Notes under the pieces: generated by a model
Told to the model about the DNA's origin: nothing
The model's database searches: none
Seen by the model: only the letters and a program-made list of their open reading frames with translations
Made by a program: the position numbers and the translations under genes
Assembly (NCBI GenBank): GCA_946187345.1
Contig: CAMHQD010000007.1
Span: 9,514 to 73,513 of the forward strand
DNA from: an uncultured Porphyromonadaceae bacterium
GTDB lineage: Bacteria > Bacteroidota > Bacteroidia > Bacteroidales > Muribaculaceae
Direction of reading: 5' to 3'
Length of the DNA: 64,000 nt
Part shown: in pieces, positions 8,073 through 16,500 of the stretch
Position numbering within the stretch: position 1 is the first letter of the stretch
Layout of the letters: the number at the start of each line of letters is the position of its first letter

Positions 8073-10123
8073 CGCAGGGTGATTTTGAAGTTGCGGCCGG
8101 GCATGGGGTAGTTTTGGATTACCTCATACTGCTGGTTGAAGATGTTGTTCACGGCGAGCGTCAGTCGCCAGTTGGCTTTCCACAACGCGTGTGAGGCGGT
8201 GAGCGCCAGGTCGTGGGTGTACCAGGGCTGCTCGTGGTTGGCGGGGATGTTGGCCGATGTGTGGTATCGCTCGCCCACGTAGACGAAACTGTAGTTCAAC
8301 TCGAGCCATCTCCACGCGGCGTGACCGAGCACACTGCCGTTGTGCCAAGGCACGTATGCGATTTGTCCGCCATAGGTGCCTCCATCGTGTGTGTCGGATG
8401 GATCGCTGCGGTCGCGCGCGCTCTGATAGGTGTAGTTGAGCGTGGCGTCGAGCGTCAGGTCGCGATGTGGCTTGACGGCGAGCATGGCGGTGAGGTCGAT
8501 GCCGGTGATGCGCACCCGGCCGATGTTCATCATCATCCAGCGGTACTGGCTGCTGCCGGTTGGCACGGCGATGATTTTGTCAGTGATGCGGTTATGGTAG
8601 GCGTCGGCGGTGAGTTTGACGGCGGTGATGCCGGTGGCGCCGGTTGTGGCGGCATACCATTGATACTGTGCTCCAACGTTCCACTGGGTGGCCATCTCGG
8701 GTCGCAGTGATGCGTTGCCGATGTCGGTGTAGTAGAGGTCGTTGAATGTGGGCATACGGAAGGCACGCTTGAAGAAGGCGCGCAGGGTGAGGTCGGCGGC
8801 GGTGGTGGGGCGGTAACTGATGATAACGGCGGGCGTGAAGCGGTCAAGGCGCTTGACGTGTGCCGCGACGAGTTCGTCGCCACGGCGGTTGCTGTAGCGG
8901 TCGGCCACGTGCGTCCATAGCAGGCTTGCCTGCGCCTTGAGGCCTCGCCAAGTGGCGGCGGTGGCCAGGGCGGTGAGCACGGTGTGGCGCGTGGGCCGAG
9001 CGAAGTTGGCCAGCGTGGCGTCGAGTGTGTTCCAGCGGTAGTCGACGGCTGCGCTGGCGTCCCAGCCGTCCCTCAGCGTGTATTTTGCCGCGCCGCTGGC
9101 GTATGCCTCCCACTGCGTGAAACGGTTGTCGACGTAGAGTAGGGTAGTGTCCGGGTTGAGGTATCGCATCCAGTCGCGTGCCACTTTGGCACTGACGAGC
9201 GTGGTGAGGCGTTCGGAGCATCGGTGCTGCCAGTTGCCTTGCAGGAAGGCGTTGCGGTCCCACTGTCGCTGGGCGTTGCGCCACACGTTATTGACGATGG
9301 CACCAGGTATGCCTCGCTCGCTGTCGTAATAGTAGCCTTGTGCGGTCCATCGTCCGCCTCGCTCGGTGCCGTGCAATGCGGCCTCGACGCGCAGTGCCTG
9401 CACATCGCCGTTGCGGCGCACGGCCGTTGTGTCCCACGCCAGAGTGCCGTCGCTGAAGCGCTTGCGGTATCTGAAGTGATATTTGCCGTGGGCACTCATC
9501 CACTCGGCGCTCGCACTGAGCGAGACTGCTTGCGAGAGGCGTTGCTCGAATCTCACGCTGGGGTTGAACAGGCCAAAGGAGCCGGTGCGCAGGGTGATGT
9601 TGACGTTGGTGCGTTTGCCCTCACGGAAGCGTGGCAGGCGTGACTGCAGGTAGATTGAGCCGCTGGTGCCGAAGTCGCGCGCGGGCTGGAGGATGTCGCT
9701 CTTTTGTCCGTTGTAGAGGTCGATAGCCTCGATATTGTCGAGCGAGAAGCGGCTGAGGTCGATTTGGCCGTTCTGGGCGTTGCCCAGTTCGAGACCGTCG
9801 TAGAACACGCCCATATGGTTGCTGCCCATCGAGCGCATATCCACGGTCTTGATGCCTCCCACGCCGCCGTAGTCCTTGAGTTGCACGCCACTGAAGTAGC
9901 GAATGGCGTCGGCCACGCTGCCGGTGCCGCCCAGCGTCTCGAGTTGCTTTCCCTCAAGACGTTGCGACGGGATGACTTCGGCGTATGGCTTGAAGGCTCG
10001 CACGACGACCTCCTCGAGATACACCGAGTCGAGTGTCTGGCCTCCCTCCTGCGCGAAGCAAAGCGCGAAGCAAGAAGCAAGAAACAAGAGGCAAGAAGTG
10101 CGAAGCAGAGAGTAGTGTCTCAT
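8060..10123 (-). CDS. btuB: TonB-dependent outer-membrane receptor, cobalamin type
   Basis: 687 aa with a signal peptide, a TonB-box-like LEEVVVRA, a plug domain (IRYFSGVQLKDYGGVGGIKTVDMRSMG) and a C-terminal barrel ending in an aromatic residue (LRCDF). It sits in an operon behind a cobalamin riboswitch. Confidence 0.8.
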   Translation of the reverse strand: MRHYSLLRTSCLLFLASCFALCFAQEGGQTLDSVYLEEVVVRAFKPYAEVIPSQRLEGKQLETLGGTGSVADAIRYFSGVQLKDYGGVGGIKTVDMRSMGSNHMGVFYDGLELGNAQNGQIDLSRFSLDNIEAIDLYNGQKSDILQPARDFGTSGSIYLQSRLPRFREGKRTNVNITLRTGSFGLFNPSVRFEQRLSQAVSLSASAEWMSAHGKYHFRYRKRFSDGTLAWDTTAVRRNGDVQALRVEAALHGTERGGRWTAQGYYYDSERGIPGAIVNNVWRNAQRQWDRNAFLQGNWQHRCSERLTTLVSAKVARDWMRYLNPDTTLLYVDNRFTQWEAYASGAAKYTLRDGWDASAAVDYRWNTLDATLANFARPTRHTVLTALATAATWRGLKAQASLLWTHVADRYSNRRGDELVAAHVKRLDRFTPAVIISYRPTTAADLTLRAFFKRAFRMPTFNDLYYTDIGNASLRPEMATQWNVGAQYQWYAATTGATGITAVKLTADAYHNRITDKIIAVPTGSSQYRWMMMNIGRVRITGIDLTAMLAVKPHRDLTLDATLNYTYQSARDRSDPSDTHDGGTYGGQIAYVPWHNGSVLGHAAWRWLELNYSFVYVGERYHTSANIPANHEQPWYTHDLALTASHALWKANWRLTLAVNNIFNQQYEVIQNYPMPGRNFKITLRCDF

Positions 10124-10162
10124 CTACTAATTGTTCTTAGAGTTCTAAGAATTCTAAGTGTT

Positions 10163-11383
10163 CTATGGAGTTTGGCTTCCGCCGTTGATGATGGTTTCTA
10201 ATATGGCGTTGACGTCGCCCACGTCGATGTTGCCATCGTGGTTGACGTCGGCGAGGGCAGTGACGCCGGGGTTGCCCAGACAGATGTCAAGCACGGCGTT
10301 GACGTCGCCCACGTCCACCTTGCGGTCGCCGTTAAGGTCGCCCTTGAGCCAGTCGAGCGGCGCGTCGGGGTGGAAGTCGCGTCCGCCGCGCACCTCGGTG
10401 GATGTCTCGCCAAGCGATGCCACCGTTTGGTTCATCGCGTTGTAGACTTTGATGAAGTCCACCCACGGGAGGTAAACCGCTTGTCCCTCGCTGTTGACAG
10501 CCCAACTGATGTCGAAGCCGTCGCTATAAATGCCCGGGTTGACCTCATCACCCTCACTGGCCTGGTCGCGGCTGGGCTTGTTGTCGACATATCCCCAGTC
10601 GAAGAATTGCAGTTCCACCATGCCGTTCACCGGCTTGACGTTGCCGCGCAGCCGTGCGCCGGAGAAGGTGAGCGTCTGCACGTCATCATCGAGCCATAGC
10701 GGCCAGTAGTCCTGCTTGTGGTACTCGAGTTTCTGGACGTAGCCGTTACGTTTCTTTGGGTTGTCGTCGTTGCTCTCCCATCGGATATACTGCGTGTCGT
10801 CAAACGGTCGGCTGCCGGGCACGGCCACGTGGTCGGCAGCCGGCTTAAAGTAGGTGATGGTGAAGTCGTGCTGGGTGCCCTCGTTGTCATACTCGCTGCC
10901 GGCGAGTTCAAACCACTCGTCGTCGGGGAGACCGTTGCCGTTGGCGTCGATGCTCACGAGGACGATGCCCGGCTCGGCGCTACCGCCGGTTGTGCTGCCG
11001 TCGGCCACAATAGCGTTGCCGTATATCTCGAAGTCGTATTCGCCCGGTACGTTCACAACAGGGTGGTCAAACGCCACGGTGACGCTGCCGCCGTATCCGC
11101 CCAGGCTGATTGTGCCCGGGCAGTAGGTGACAACGGTCTCGGTGACGACAGTGCCGTCAGGCAGTTCGCCCTCGATGGTCTCGGTTGTGCCGCAGATTGC
11201 CTCGGCTGCGCGGGCAAGCACTTTGCCGTAGGGGTCACCTGGGTTGCAGGCCGGTATCTGGTTGACAAACTGACCGGGCGCCGGAGCATAGTCCAGCACT
11301 CGGGTCAGGTAAGGCGCATGCTCCGTGGCGTGCGCCACGGAGCAAAGCGCGAAGAACGAAGTACAAAGTACGAACTTTTTCAT
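10163..11383 (-). CDS. Secreted protein with C-terminal dockerin-like double Ca-binding repeat
   Basis: 406 aa with a signal peptide. The C-terminus is GDLNGDRKVDVGDVNAVL...ADVNHDGNIDVGDVNAILETII, two DxNxDGxxDxxD loop-helix units as in type I dockerins. It is the second gene of the riboswitch-controlled operon. Confidence 0.7.
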   Translation of the reverse strand: MKKFVLCTSFFALCSVAHATEHAPYLTRVLDYAPAPGQFVNQIPACNPGDPYGKVLARAAEAICGTTETIEGELPDGTVVTETVVTYCPGTISLGGYGGSVTVAFDHPVVNVPGEYDFEIYGNAIVADGSTTGGSAEPGIVLVSIDANGNGLPDDEWFELAGSEYDNEGTQHDFTITYFKPAADHVAVPGSRPFDDTQYIRWESNDDNPKKRNGYVQKLEYHKQDYWPLWLDDDVQTLTFSGARLRGNVKPVNGMVELQFFDWGYVDNKPSRDQASEGDEVNPGIYSDGFDISWAVNSEGQAVYLPWVDFIKVYNAMNQTVASLGETSTEVRGGRDFHPDAPLDWLKGDLNGDRKVDVGDVNAVLDICLGNPGVTALADVNHDGNIDVGDVNAILETIINGGSQTP

Positions 11384-11451
11384 TTTCTTTCTGTTCTGAG
11401 AAATCCGATAGTTCTGATAGTTCTAAGATTTCTAAAGTACTGAACAAATAG

Positions 11452-11483
11452 CCCCCTCCAAAAGGAGGGGGTTGGGGGGAAGG
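11452..11483 (+). repeat. REP-1 copy, forward orientation
   Basis: gccccctccaaaaggagggggttggggggaaggg, just downstream of the stop of the 11495..12886 gene. Confidence 0.8.
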
Positions 11484-11494
11484 GCATTAGGACA

Positions 11495-12886
11495 TTAGTT
11501 AATCATAACCTTCTTGCCGGCACGGATGTAGATGCCGCGGCCGGGGTTGAGCACTCGGCGTCCCATCAGGTCGTAGGTGGGAGCGTCGCTGTCGTCGGCG
11601 TCGGCGTTGAGGTTGTCGATGCCGTTAACGGCGTCGACCGTGACGGTGAGGTCAACAAACTGGGTGTGGCCCTTTTGGGTGGCGCTCAGACGGACGGTGC
11701 CGCTCGCGCCGTTCTCCTTGCCGCTGACGACGATTTTGCTGCCCTCGAGGTTGACGTCCAGTCCGGCACTCGCCACAGGCTCCTCAATGGCAAAGGTGAC
11801 CATCGAGCCGTCGGCGTCAAGTTCAAAGAAATTGGCGGCCTTGTAGGTGCTCGGTCCCACGCCGGCGAGCACCTCGGCGGTGCCTGCCTCGGGCTCACCG
11901 CCCAGGTCGTCCATGGCGAAGTACATCGGCGTGTTCAGACCCCACGTCGGGTCGGCGTCGGTGCCGTCAAAGGTGAACGTGAGTTTTGTCACCTCGCCCA
12001 ATTCGCGCAGGTCAAACCACTCCCAGTCCTCAACGATGTAGCGGTCGATCTCTTTCTCGGCGCGGTAGTCGGCCAGATAGAAGTCCTTGGTAGTGGTGGT
12101 GCCGTCGGCGTGGTGGCCAACGGCGGTCACCTTAAACCAGTCGCCCTTGTTGGCCTTGGTGGAGAACTTGTTGCCGTTGACCATAGCGTTCTTGGCGTAG
12201 GCGGTGTTGGTGATATAGAAGCCGCTGATTACCTCGCCGGCCTCGTTGTTGGTCACCTCAATCTCGTTGGCGTCGCCGCCCCAGGGCACAGGGTTGGCGA
12301 TGACGAAGTTGTCGCCGCTGTGTGCGCCACCCATCACGCTGTTGAACTGGTCGGGATAGAGGTAAGAGAAGCCGCGCCACTGGTTGTCGGTGGTTGAGGC
12401 GAGGGCGTAGCCGTTCCATGTCCAATAGCCGTAGTCGACACCCTCGACGATATTGGGCGTGTAGTAACTGCCAACTTGCAGGCCGTAGGAGCCGCTGTAC
12501 CACTGCTCGAGGGCGGTGTAGCCCTGGTCGTAGTCATCGGCGGGCGAAGCGTTGTCGTCAAAGGTTGCCACGGCCTGGTCGCCACGCACCTTCACGCCGG
12601 TGCGCGCGCTCACGCTCTTGCCGTCCTCGTCGGTAATCGTGACCACATATCCGGTGGAGACTTTGGGCGCGACCATGAGTTGTCGGCCCACACCCACCTG
12701 GTCACCCTGCTGGTTGGTCCACACGATGGTCACCGTTTCGGTGCCGCCGGTCCAACTGACCTCGAGCGTGGTGTTCTGTCCGGCGTTAATCACAACGGGC
12801 TCCGGCGCTGTCACTGTCAGTTCGTCGGCCATTGCCGGCATGGCAACCATTGCCATGGCCAGCATCTTGATAGTAGTCTTTGTCAT
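11495..12886 (-). CDS. BtuH-like (DUF4465-type) putative corrinoid-binding protein with T9SS C-terminal sorting tail
   Basis: It is the first gene after the riboswitch. It has a signal peptide without a lipobox Cys, an Ig-like N-domain, a core with YGYWTWNGYALASTTDNQWRGFSYLYPDQFNSVMGG, and the C-terminus YDLMGRRVLNPGRGIYIRAGKKVMIN, typical of Bacteroidales T9SS type-A CTDs. The DUF4465/BtuH assignment comes from operon context and motif memory and was not searched. Confidence 0.65.
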   Translation of the reverse strand: MTKTTIKMLAMAMVAMPAMADELTVTAPEPVVINAGQNTTLEVSWTGGTETVTIVWTNQQGDQVGVGRQLMVAPKVSTGYVVTITDEDGKSVSARTGVKVRGDQAVATFDDNASPADDYDQGYTALEQWYSGSYGLQVGSYYTPNIVEGVDYGYWTWNGYALASTTDNQWRGFSYLYPDQFNSVMGGAHSGDNFVIANPVPWGGDANEIEVTNNEAGEVISGFYITNTAYAKNAMVNGNKFSTKANKGDWFKVTAVGHHADGTTTTKDFYLADYRAEKEIDRYIVEDWEWFDLRELGEVTKLTFTFDGTDADPTWGLNTPMYFAMDDLGGEPEAGTAEVLAGVGPSTYKAANFFELDADGSMVTFAIEEPVASAGLDVNLEGSKIVVSGKENGASGTVRLSATQKGHTQFVDLTVTVDAVNGIDNLNADADDSDAPTYDLMGRRVLNPGRGIYIRAGKKVMIN

Positions 12887-12930
12887 AAGCGTTTAATTTA
12901 TATGGTTTATATAGTGTTTATAGATAATAC

Positions 12931-12991
12931 AAAAAATCCACTCGATGCCCCAGGTCACGCAATGTGACCTCGCCCACGGGACACCGAGTGG
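12931..12991 (-). terminator. Intrinsic terminator/attenuator (expression platform of riboswitch 1)
   Basis: The minus strand reads ccactcggtg...catcgagtgg (10-bp stem enclosing a smaller hairpin) followed by attttttg. It lies between the aptamer and the start codon at 12886. Confidence 0.6.
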
Positions 12992-13039
12992 AAAAATCGG
13001 TTGCACGCTACATGCTACGTGCTACATGCTAAACAGCTG

Positions 13040-13320
13040 TATCTCCCGACCCTAATTCCACGAGGGTGCGATGAGCGTTACCACGTCGCGTTGACGTTGG
13101 AACGATGGCAGGCAGGTCTTCTGGCTTGTCCCTTGCTTCGGCGCCGCCTTCCCACTCTCTAACCGAGAGCAGTGACGTTTGATTAATTACGAAGTACTAT
13201 GTACTAAGTAATGCGCGTTGCAAGTTGTTGGCGATGCTTTGTACTTTGTACTTGCAATCAGCCGTGGGACTTACAGCAGCGGGTACTGCTCAGGAATTTC
13301 ACCTGATTCCCTAAACCTTG
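13040..13320 (-). promoter_or_regulatory. Cobalamin (B12) riboswitch 1
   Basis: The minus strand reads TAGGGAATCAGGTGAAATTCCTGAGCAGTACCCGCTGCTGTAAG ... GGGAAGG ... AAGCCAGAAGACCTGCCTGCC. These are the conserved cobalamin-aptamer core and the B12 box (plus-strand about 13108-13129). Confidence 0.85.
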
Positions 13321-13331
13321 CTATCACGGTG

Positions 13332-13339
13332 CAAAATTA
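13332..13339 (-). promoter_or_regulatory. Candidate -7 promoter box (TAATTTTG) for riboswitch 1 operon
   Basis: The reverse complement matches TAnnTTTG, about 15-20 nt upstream of the aptamer 5' end. The same arrangement is seen at riboswitch 2. Confidence 0.55.
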
Positions 13340-13562
13340 CAATTTTTTTACATCACAACCAACTATCTCACAGTTTTTTTTACTATTTAATTATTCTAAC
13401 TCTCACATTCAGTGGGGAAATCACCCCACAAACAAGTTTTTGGCAAAATAAGGAAAAAGTGAGAGCCGCCCGTCGCAGTTTCGACCGGGTGGCCCTCACA
13501 CTCTACAAAAACAAGTTGTTAGTTGTTCAGGTGTGGCGGGCACCGTCCCGCCACACAACACG

Positions 13563-16500
13563 CTACATTACCACTTTCTTGCCGGCGCGGACATAGATGC
13601 CCGGACCCGGGTTGACCACGCGGCGGCCCTGCAGGTCGTAGAGCGTGTTGTCGGCGTTGGTGTCGTCGTCAATGATGTCGGCGATGCCGGTGACGCTGTC
13701 GACGGTGACGCGCAGTCGCACGTACTGAGTGTGGCCTTTCTGCGTGGCGACAAGCACAACGTCGCGGCTGGCGCCGTCCACCTTGCCGTTCACCTCGATT
13801 TTGCCGGTTGTCGCGTTGTAACTCACATCGAGTTCATCGCTGCTCACCGGCTCCTCGAGCGAGATGGTGACAGTGGAGCCGTCGCCGTCGAGCGTAAAGT
13901 AACTTGCGGCGTCATACTTGCTGCGTCCCACGCCAACGGACACGCTGGCCGGCAGTTCGTCGCGCTGGCCGCCCAGGTTGTCCATGGCGAAGTACATCGG
14001 CGTGTTCAGGCCCCACTCGGGGTCGACGTCGCTGCCGTCAAAGGCGAACGTGAGTTTGGTCACCTCGCCCAGGTCGCGCAGGTCAAACCATTCCCACTTG
14101 TCGATGATGTAGCGGTCGACCTCCTTGTCGGCGCGGTAGTCGGCCAGATAGAAGTCCTTGCTTGTGGTAGTGCCGTCGGCGTGGTGGCCGATGGCCGTCA
14201 CCTTGAACCAGTCGCCCTTGTTGGCCTTGGTGGAGAACTTGTTGCCGGTGAGCATGGCGCTGACGGCGTAGGCGGTGTTGGTGATATAGAAGCCGCTCAC
14301 CGTCTCGCCCTGCTCGCTCGAGGTAACCTCAATCTCACAGGGGTTGCTGCCGTAGGGGACGGGGCAGGCGATGACGAAGTTGTCGGAACCGTCGTGTGCG
14401 CCTCCCATCACGCTGTTGAACTGGTCGGGATAGAGGTAAGAGAAGCCTCGCCACTGGTTGTCGGTGGTTGAGGCGAGGGCGTAGCCGTACCACGTCCAGT
14501 AGCCGTAGTCCACCTCGTCAACCATCACGGGAGTCCAGTAACTGCCCACCTGCAGGCCGTAGGAGCCGCTATACCACTGCTCCATGTCGCTGAAGCCCTG
14601 GTCGTAGCCCTCGGCGGGCGACAGGTTGTCGTCGAATGTGGCTTGTCCGCTCGCTCCGCGCACCTTCACGCCGGTTCGTGCGTGTGCCGTCTGTCCGTCG
14701 GCGCTCTCCACGGTGAGAACATAGCCGGTGGAAATCGACGGCGACACAGTGATTTGGTACTCCTCGCCTGCGGCGGTGGCAACGGTGTTGCCCATCTGGT
14801 CGGTCCACGTGACGGTGTAAGGCTCTGTGCCACCGGCCCAGATGCCGGTCAGGGTGGCGCTGCCACCGGCCTCGATGGTCACGGGGTCGTCAATCTCTAT
14901 GACGAGCGTTTCCACCTCGGCGGCCGCGGTGGTGAACGTTTCGCTCTCCACGATGTCGCTCTCCACGCCCTGCTCCGAGACCATAAGGAAGTAGGCCTTG
15001 TAAGCCGTTTCGGGCGATAGACCGTCAAACGTGGTGGTCACGTCGCTACCGGCGATGACGGCTTGCGGCGTGCCACTCTTGATGTCGGCGGCAGCCGGTG
15101 CCCTGTGTCGCGGTGCGCCTTGTGCCACCGGCTCCACGATGCTATAGAGTTGTCCCGCCTGGCTCCACCGGGTGACGAAAGAGGCCGTGGTGGCGGTCGC
15201 CTCGCCGCTGAGCGCGACGGGAGAGGCGACAAGAAGTTCGGGTTTGTCGGCGGTGAGTTCGCGATACTCGTAGGCGCCCACGGTGGGAGTATCGGCGTCG
15301 CGAGCCAGGCCGTCGTGGTCAACGGTGACGTAACTCACTGGCACGCCGCAGCGCAGGCCACCCTCGGCGGCCAAATGGTTGTCGGTGTCGCCGGCAAACG
15401 AGGCCTGCTCAACGGTGTTCACGCCGTGGACGGTGGTGTTGAACGTGTTGATGTCGCTCGTGGCGTTGGTCAGGCTGCCGCTCGTGTGGTAGAGCACATT
15501 GCCGGTTGCCGTGACGTTGTCGTAGCGGTTGCCGTAGATGAACAGCACCTCGCCGCTCTCGCCAAGGCCTTGCAGCAGGTTGCTCGTGAGTTTCAGGCCG
15601 GTGAACTGGCCGGCGCTGTTGAAACCGTAGAAGCAGCGTCCGAGGTTGCTCATGCGGATGGTGTTGAAGGCAAACTCAATGTTGGCGCACGTCGAGTGGT
15701 AATACACACCGTAACTCGACGCGCTGCTGCTGTTGACCACGATGCTGTTGTTGAACACGCGTGCCGGAGCGTCGGCCTGGGCCACGTTCTGCTGGCGCAG
15801 GTAGATGCCGTAACTATAGGCGCTGTTGGTGTTCACAATGGTGTTGCCCTCGATGACGAACTGGCCGTCGTTCTGCGTCATGTCGATGGCTGGGTAGCCG
15901 CTTTGGGTGGTCGAGGTCTGGGTGATGGTGTTGCCCTTTATGAGGGCGTCGCTTGTCATGTTCACATAGATGCCGATGCGTCCGGTCTCGCTGACGGTAT
16001 TGCCGCTGACGACGGGGCGCTGAGCCTTGCTGTCACTGACACTGCCGTATTTGAAGTTGACGCCGATGCGTCCGCCTTGCAGGGTGTTACCCTCGATGAC
16101 AACGTCGTCACAGGCCTTGCCGTCGCCGGTGGACTGGACAGTCACGAGGCAGATGCCCGTGGTGGCGGTGGCCTGGTCGGCCTTCACGAGCGAGCCGCGC
16201 AGGGTGAAGTGGTGGCTGCCGTCGACGGCTCGCACGCCGTGGCTGAAACTTTGTGAGGCGGGAATGATGCTCACGTTCTCGAATGTCACCCACGGGGTGC
16301 CCGAGACGAGCACCACCTGTGAGGTCGCGCCGTAACTCGTGTCGGGCGAGCCTCCGGCGAGCACCACGGCGTTGCGGTTACCGCTCTGTGAGGTGAAGGT
16401 CACATTGTGGGTCTCACCGGTGCCGGCGATGTCGGCGATGGTGATGTTTTCGGCATAGGTGCCGTCCTCAATCTCGAAACGCACGGCGCCCTCGACACCC

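Noticed and set aside
13218-13596. ORFs within the riboswitch leaders and flanking spacers (13218..13451, 13318..13596, 20129..20347, 20351..20875, 20575..20778).
   Set aside because: They overlap conserved riboswitch, promoter and repeat sequence. They have no coding periodicity or motifs and lie on the strand opposite to the mapped regulatory elements.
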